Origin: Dehalococcoidia bacterium
GTDB taxonomy: Bacteria; Chloroflexota; Dehalococcoidia; Bin125
Reading direction: 5' to 3'
Assembly (NCBI GenBank): GCA_963663235.2
Contig: CAXXNO010000004.1
Location: 320,001 to 384,000 of the forward strand
DNA: 64,000 nt
In this document: positions 58,952 through 64,000 of the stretch, in pieces
Position numbering within the stretch: position 1 is the stretch's first letter
Layout of the letters: each line of letters opens with the position of its first letter
Notes under the pieces: model-generated
Database searches by the model: none
What the model saw: the letters and a program-made list of their open reading frames with translations, nothing else
What the model was told of the DNA's origin: nothing
Program-made: the position numbers and the translations under genes

Positions 58952-60094
58952 GTGGCTCGGTTGCTCATTGTCGGGTCCGTGACGCGAGACTACCAGCGGC
59001 TGCGCGGGCGGCGCTGGTCGCAGCCGGGCGGCGCGCCGTGGCATGCCGCGCTGGCGCTCACTCCTGGGGCCAGGGTGACGGTGGTGGCGCAGGCGGGGCC
59101 CTGGACTCGCCGCTACGCCCGACCGGGGCTCGTGGCGGCTGGGGTGGAGTGGGCGGGCGACGAGGCGACGGCGGACACGGTCTTCGAGAACCGCTACGCG
59201 GACGGCGGCCTGGAACAGGTCGTCCGATCGATAGCGCCGCCGATCAGGGCGACGATGCTTGGCCCCGGTCCGTTCGACGGCGGGGTCGTCTCGCCGCTGT
59301 TTCCCGAGGACGTCGCGGCCGACGTGGCCGGCGCGGTGGCGGATCGGTGCCGCTTTGTGGCGCTGGATGTGCAGGGACTGGCGCGCCGGGTGGATGCCCG
59401 CGGACGGGTTCGGCTGGGGCGGTACGCGTTGAGGTCGTTCCTGGTGGGGGTCCATACCGTGAAGTTCGCCAGGAGGGAGTTCGAGGCGTTCATCGGGGCG
59501 CCGGCCTCTGCGACGGGGGCCGCGGATCTCGCTCGCTCCCTGCGGGCGGAGGTGTTGATCACGGATGGTGAGCGGGGCAGCACCCTGACCACGGCGGACG
59601 GGACGCACCTGACGGCCGAGGGGGCGCGTCTGGGCGATGCGGCCGACACGACCGGGGCGGGCGATGTACTCATTGCGGCCTATGTGGCGGAGCGATCGGT
59701 GGGGCGGCCACCGAGCGCGGCGTTGGAGGCGGCCACGGCCCTCACGACGGCGCTGCTCCGACGTCGGGCGGGGGCGGCGGCGCGCAGCGCAGAGGTCGTC
59801 CCGCTGCTGCGGCAGATCGAGGCCCGGGCGCTGGTCGCGGGCCGCCGGCGAGGGCGTGGGGCTTCCGCCGCCATCTTCGAGGCGCCGTCGGCGTTGACGG
59901 AGGGGCTGGCGGCGCACCTGGGGGCCGCTCCGGAGCCAGCGGGCACTGCCTTGGAGGATGGGGCCGGGGCGCTGCTGAGCGGCTGTGCGGCGCTTCTCTC
60001 GCGGGGGTGGCCCGACGACATCGTGCTGGCTCCCGCGTCGCTCCGACGTGTGGTGGAGGCGGCTGATAGGCTACGGCCGTGCTCATCGGGCTGA
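58952..60094 (+). CDS. PfkB-family carbohydrate kinase with C-terminal extension
   Basis: VGSVTRD, PGG, LDVQG..R, TDGERGS, DTTGAGD. Confidence 0.82.
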   Translation: MARLLIVGSVTRDYQRLRGRRWSQPGGAPWHAALALTPGARVTVVAQAGPWTRRYARPGLVAAGVEWAGDEATADTVFENRYADGGLEQVVRSIAPPIRATMLGPGPFDGGVVSPLFPEDVAADVAGAVADRCRFVALDVQGLARRVDARGRVRLGRYALRSFLVGVHTVKFARREFEAFIGAPASATGAADLARSLRAEVLITDGERGSTLTTADGTHLTAEGARLGDAADTTGAGDVLIAAYVAERSVGRPPSAALEAATALTTALLRRRAGAAARSAEVVPLLRQIEARALVAGRRRGRGASAAIFEAPSALTEGLAAHLGAAPEPAGTALEDGAGALLSGCAALLSRGWPDDIVLAPASLRRVVEAADRLRPCSSG

Positions 60095-60651
60095 TTTCGG
60101 ACACGCATGTACCCGAAGCGATGCCGAACGTCTGGCCGCAGGTCTACGAGCGGTTCAAGGGCGTGGACCTGATCCTTCACGGCGGCGATCTGCATACCCT
60201 TGATGTGGTGGACCGCCTGCAGGAGATCGCCCCGATCCACGTGGCCCGCGGCAACGGAGACGACGGCGGCGGCGGTCGCCCCCTGGTGCCGGCCGATCCG
60301 CGGCTGCGCGATGCCTGGGCCCTGGAGCTGGGGGGGCTCAACGTGGGGATGGTGCACGATCTGGGCTTGCCCGAGCGGCCGCCGGGCTGGACTGTGGAAG
60401 CGATCATGGAGCGCCACTTCGGCGGGCCCCAGGATGTCGTGGTGCACGGGCATACGCACGTGGCGAGCATCGAGCGGGTGCGGGGGGTGCTGCTGGTCAA
60501 CCCCGGCAGCCCGGTCTACCCGCGTAATCTGGAGGTGCGGCTGGGGACGGTCGCGTTTCTGCGGATCGACCAGGGGCGGGCGGAGGCGTGGCTGGAGCAA
60601 CTGGATGAGCGGGGCAGCCATGTGGTCTCCGAGCAACCCCGCTACCAGTAG
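60079..60651 (+). CDS. YfcE-like metallophosphoesterase
   Basis: ISDTH, HGGD, RGNGD, VHGHTH, NPGS. Confidence 0.9.
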   Translation: MLIGLISDTHVPEAMPNVWPQVYERFKGVDLILHGGDLHTLDVVDRLQEIAPIHVARGNGDDGGGGRPLVPADPRLRDAWALELGGLNVGMVHDLGLPERPPGWTVEAIMERHFGGPQDVVVHGHTHVASIERVRGVLLVNPGSPVYPRNLEVRLGTVAFLRIDQGRAEAWLEQLDERGSHVVSEQPRYQ

Positions 60652-60755
60652 GGTCGCGTGTGCGACTGTCGGCTGCGGAGCGCGTCCCTATAATGAGCGT
60701 CGGTCAGCGGAGGGCCGGTCCTCCGCGGAACCCGGCGCGAGGAGGTTCGCCCGGC

Positions 60756-61193
60756 GTGGGCGATGGTCTCGATCTTCTCGTCCCCGTTGATAAATCTGCC
60801 GCAAGCCTGCGCGGGCTCGATCTGGCCTGTCGCCTGGCCGGGAGCAACAAGCGTGCGCGGTTGCACGTGGTGTATGTGGTGGAAGTGAACCGGCGGGTGG
60901 CCCTGGATGCGGAGCTTCCGGGCCCGACGGAGGAAGGCGAGCGCCGGATCAGCGAGGCGGAGCGCCGCGCCCGCCGCGACAAGATCCCGTGTGACGGGGA
61001 TATTCTGCAGGCGCGCGAGGCGGGGACGGCGATTGTCGACGAGGCGGTGGAGCTGAACGTGGACACGATCGTCATGGGAGTGACGCCGCGCGCCCGGGAG
61101 GGAGCGCCGCTCGATCTGGGCAAGACCGTGGAGTACGTCCTGCGGCACGCGCCCTGCCAGGTGGTGGTGGTGCAAGATGAGGCGCCGCAGTGA
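60756..61193 (+). CDS. Universal stress protein
   Basis: LLVPVD.S..S, LHVVYVVEV, IVMG, LGKTVEYVLRHAPCQVVVV; GTG with GGAGG RBS (alternative ATG at 60693). Confidence 0.88.
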   Translation: MGDGLDLLVPVDKSAASLRGLDLACRLAGSNKRARLHVVYVVEVNRRVALDAELPGPTEEGERRISEAERRARRDKIPCDGDILQAREAGTAIVDEAVELNVDTIVMGVTPRAREGAPLDLGKTVEYVLRHAPCQVVVVQDEAPQ

Positions 61194-61591
61194 AGATCGT
61201 GATCATGGGCTGTGGCCGGGTGGGCGCCAACCTGGCGGAACGGCTCGGCGCCGAAGGACATGACCTGACGGTGATCGACACAGAGGCCTCAGCGTTTCGG
61301 CGGTTGCCGGATGGCTTCGCCGGTCGCACCGTGCTCGGGAACGCCGTGCATCACGAGACCTTGCGCGAAGCCGGCGTGGAGGAGGCGGATGCATTCGTGG
61401 CGGTGACGCAGGGAGACAACCGCAACGCGATGGCGGCCCAGGTGGCGATGCATCTGTTCGGCGTGCAGCGGGTGGTGGCGCGGATCTATGACCCCGAGCG
61501 GGAGAAGATTTACCGTGACCTGGGGCTGCACACCGTGAGTCCCACACTCATTTTGAGTGAGCGTCTCCACGAAGCGATCGTAGAGCCGTAG
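61190..61591 (+). CDS. TrkA-N (RCK-N) single-domain protein
   Basis: MKIVIMGCGRVG, AGVEEADAFVAVT.GDN.N, VARIYDP.R. Confidence 0.88.
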   Translation: MKIVIMGCGRVGANLAERLGAEGHDLTVIDTEASAFRRLPDGFAGRTVLGNAVHHETLREAGVEEADAFVAVTQGDNRNAMAAQVAMHLFGVQRVVARIYDPEREKIYRDLGLHTVSPTLILSERLHEAIVEP

Positions 61592-61592
61592 C

Positions 61593-62258
61593 GTGTACGT
61601 CATTGTCGTGGGGGGCGGGAAGGTGGGCGCGCAGACGGCGCGGGAATTGGTAGCGGCGGGGCACGAGGTGCTCGTGATCGAGCGGGAGCGCGCCAAGGTG
61701 GAGGCGCTGAACGAGGAGTTGGGGGAGATCGCGGTGGTGGGGGACGGGCCGGAAGTCCGGGTGCAAGAGGAGGCCGGGATGAACCGCGCCGACCTGGTCA
61801 TCGCGGCGACGGGCCGCGATGAAACCAACCTCGCGGTCTGTCAGGTGGCGCAGGCCCGCTTTGCCAGGCAGCGCGTGATCGCGCGGATCAACAACCCGAA
61901 GAACGCAGCGATCTTTCGTGCCCTGGGGATCAGTCTGACGGTGTCCGCCACCGAGGCGATCATGGCCCATATCGAACAGGAACTGCCGTCGCACCCGCTC
62001 ATCCACCTGCTGCAGCTGCGCGGCGGCGGCTTTGAGATCGTGGAGATCCTGATCCCGGAGGACGCCACGACGGTGGGGCGCCGGATTCACTCCGTCGAGC
62101 TGCCGCCCGATGCCCTGGTCCCGCTGGTGGTGCGGCCGGACGGCACGCCGGTGATCCCGAACGGCGACAGCGTGCTGGAAGCGGGTTCCGAGATCCTGGC
62201 GGTCACGCGTCCCGAGCACGAGACGGAGCTGCGGCGGGCGCTCACGGGCGGCGCTTAA
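61593..62258 (+). CDS. TrkA-family RCK protein (TrkA-N + TrkA-C)
   Basis: VVGGGKVG, ADLVIAATGRDETN, ARINNPKN, C-terminal RCK-C IPNGDSVLEAG. Confidence 0.9.
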   Translation: MYVIVVGGGKVGAQTARELVAAGHEVLVIERERAKVEALNEELGEIAVVGDGPEVRVQEEAGMNRADLVIAATGRDETNLAVCQVAQARFARQRVIARINNPKNAAIFRALGISLTVSATEAIMAHIEQELPSHPLIHLLQLRGGGFEIVEILIPEDATTVGRRIHSVELPPDALVPLVVRPDGTPVIPNGDSVLEAGSEILAVTRPEHETELRRALTGGA

Positions 62259-62283
62259 CGCCGCCGGCCTGATGGTGGCACCA

Positions 62284-63102
62284 ATGCGATTGGCCTACCT
62301 GGGCCCGCCGGGGACATATTCCGAGCAGGCGGCGCTGCGCTACGCGCCCGATGCCGAGCTCTTGGCCACGCCGTCCATCACAGCGGCGACCGAAGCGGTC
62401 GAAGCCGAGCGGGCGGATGAGGCGATGGTGCCCATTGAGAACTCCTTGGAGGGGTCGGTCACGGAGACGCTGGATCTGCTGATCCACCGGCTGACGTTGC
62501 GGATCCGTCGCGAGATCGTGCTGCCGATCGAGCATTGCCTCGTCGCGCCGGCGGGGACGGCGATCGAGGCGGTGGAGGCCGTCTACTCGCATCCCCAGGC
62601 GCTGGCGCAGTGCCGCGCGTACCTCACGCGCGAATTGCCTCAGGCGCAGCCGGTGGCGGCGATCTCTACCGCGGAGGCGGTGGAGGCGGTGATGGGCCGC
62701 GCGAACGCGGCGGCGATCGCGCCGCGCCGCGCCGCCGAACTCTACGGCGCGGCCGTGCTGGCCGAGGGCATCGCCGACGATGCGCGCAACCGCACTCGCT
62801 TTGTAGCGTTGGCGCGGGAAGACGCGCCCCCGACCGGCGACGACAAGACGTCGCTGGCGCTCAGTGTGCGGGACCGTCCCGGGGCCTTGGTCGCGATCTT
62901 GCAGGTATTCGCCGCCGCGGCGATCAACCTGACCAAGATCGAGTCGCGCCCGGCGCGGGAGGACTTGGGGGTGTACGTGTTCCTCCTGGACCTGCAGGGA
63001 CACCGCCGGGACCCAGCGGTTGAGGCGGTGCTGGAGCAGGTGCGCCAGGAGAGCACGATGCTGAAGATCTTCGGCTCCTATCCGCGCTTCCGCGAAGCGT
63101 AA
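62284..63102 (+). CDS. pheA: Prephenate dehydratase
   Basis: AYLGPPGTYSE, PIENSLEGSV, SHPQALAQC, NRTRF, NLTKIESRP, FGSYP; no chorismate mutase domain. Start 62272 or 62284. Confidence 0.95.
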   Translation: MRLAYLGPPGTYSEQAALRYAPDAELLATPSITAATEAVEAERADEAMVPIENSLEGSVTETLDLLIHRLTLRIRREIVLPIEHCLVAPAGTAIEAVEAVYSHPQALAQCRAYLTRELPQAQPVAAISTAEAVEAVMGRANAAAIAPRRAAELYGAAVLAEGIADDARNRTRFVALAREDAPPTGDDKTSLALSVRDRPGALVAILQVFAAAAINLTKIESRPAREDLGVYVFLLDLQGHRRDPAVEAVLEQVRQESTMLKIFGSYPRFREA

Positions 63103-63105
63103 GCG

Positions 63106-63915
63106 ATGCCCGAGATCCCCGACTTGGAGGCCGCGCGGGCGCTGCTCAACCGCGACGTCTCCGGCCTGCGCATCGAGCGGGTGGACGTGCCCCGGCCGAT
63201 CGTGGTGCGGGCAGTGCCGGAGTCGTTCCGGGCGCGATTGGAAGGCGCGGCGCTGGGCGAGGTCCGGCGCGCCGGAAAGTTCCTGCTGTTCGCGCTCTCA
63301 ACCGGTGACGTGCTGGTGGTGAACCCGATGCTCACGGGGCGGTTTGCGCTTGTCGAGGCGGAGCGGCGCCGGCCGGCGCGACTCTGCTTTGCGCTGGCGC
63401 TGTCGGACGGGCGCGAGCTGCGCTACATCGACGAGCGTTTCATGGGCAAGGTCTACCTGACGGAATCGGACCACGTGGACCAGGTGCCGCTGTTTGCGGA
63501 GATGGGGCCGGACGCCCTGGACCCCACCCTCACAGAGGAGATCTTCTTGGAGCGGCTGCGGGCCTTCCGCGGCCAGGTCAAGAACGTGCTGGTCAACCAC
63601 AAATTCGTGGCGGGGATCGGCAACGCCTATGCGGACGAGATCCTCTTCGTGGCGGGGATCCATCCGTTTACCAAGGTGCGGGAGTTGGGCGAGGAGCGTC
63701 GGCGGTGTCTTTATGGGGCGCTGCGCGAGGTGCTCGACTGGGCCCTGCCCATGGTGCGTGAACGGATGGGCAACGCGCTGGACGAGAAGCCGCGCGACTT
63801 CCTGCGGGTTCATCGCAAGGGGGGAGAGGCGTGCCCTCAGTGCGGCGCGCCCATCTCCGAGGTGAGCCCGAACAAGCGGATCACCTCGTTCTGCCGTCGC
63901 TGCCAGCCCGGCTAG
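63106..63915 (+). CDS. Fpg/Nei-family DNA glycosylase
   Basis: N-terminal MPEIPD, R.GKFL, MLTGR, AGIGNAYADEILF, and C-terminal zinc finger CPQC...CRRCQ. Confidence 0.92.
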   Translation: MPEIPDLEAARALLNRDVSGLRIERVDVPRPIVVRAVPESFRARLEGAALGEVRRAGKFLLFALSTGDVLVVNPMLTGRFALVEAERRRPARLCFALALSDGRELRYIDERFMGKVYLTESDHVDQVPLFAEMGPDALDPTLTEEIFLERLRAFRGQVKNVLVNHKFVAGIGNAYADEILFVAGIHPFTKVRELGEERRRCLYGALREVLDWALPMVRERMGNALDEKPRDFLRVHRKGGEACPQCGAPISEVSPNKRITSFCRRCQPG

Positions 63916-64000
63916 TCGCGGGCCGGGAGGCGGAGGCGGGCCAACTCCCGCTCGGCGCCGCGGAAGAAGGTGCGCCAGCTGGGGCGGCGCTCCAAGTGCG
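63912..64000 (-). CDS. 3' end of an unidentified gene truncated by the window edge
   Basis: Open GC3-rich frame ...HLERRPSWRTFFRGAERELARLRLPARD* whose TAG overlaps the Fpg stop (CTAG). Confidence 0.5.
   Translation of the reverse strand, partial: HLERRPSWRTFFRGAERELARLRLPARD

Overview
High-GC (~70%) bacterial chromosome segment, most consistent with a Chloroflexota (Dehalococcoidia-like) organism. The inference rests on gene order: dnaA-obgE-nadD near gyrB with no dnaN beside dnaA, and rpsO-pnp-dapB-asd-dapA. It is a core housekeeping region spanning the probable replication origin (between dnaA and obgE). It encodes gyrB, coaX/coaBC, pepA, rpsO, pnp, dapB/asd/dapA, purA, pyrG, rho, hrcA-grpE-dnaK-dnaJ-prmA with a perfect CIRCE, dnaE, lysC/thrB, tmk, pdxS/pdxT, pheA and an Fpg-family gene. 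I see no rRNA, tRNA, CRISPR array, IS element or prophage. Notable signals: (1) a hidden UxxC selenocysteine glutaredoxin-like gene with a clear SECIS-like hairpin right after dapA; (2) an oriC with DnaA-trio-like repeats plus phased DnaA boxes; (3) several apparent pseudoenzymes (a ketosynthase lacking its catalytic triad paired with a metallo-beta-lactamase fold lacking its metal motif, a degenerate CitE paralog, and a degenerate papain-like protein next to a ubiquitin-like protein with a masked GG); (4) a regulatory style with 18-bp-spacer promoters, leaderless genes and convergent genes sharing 4-bp stop overlaps; (5) five frameshifts (pnp, a CPA2 antiporter twice, dnaK, dnaE) that most likely reflect assembly indel errors. 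All calls come from reading motifs by eye; no database searches were run.
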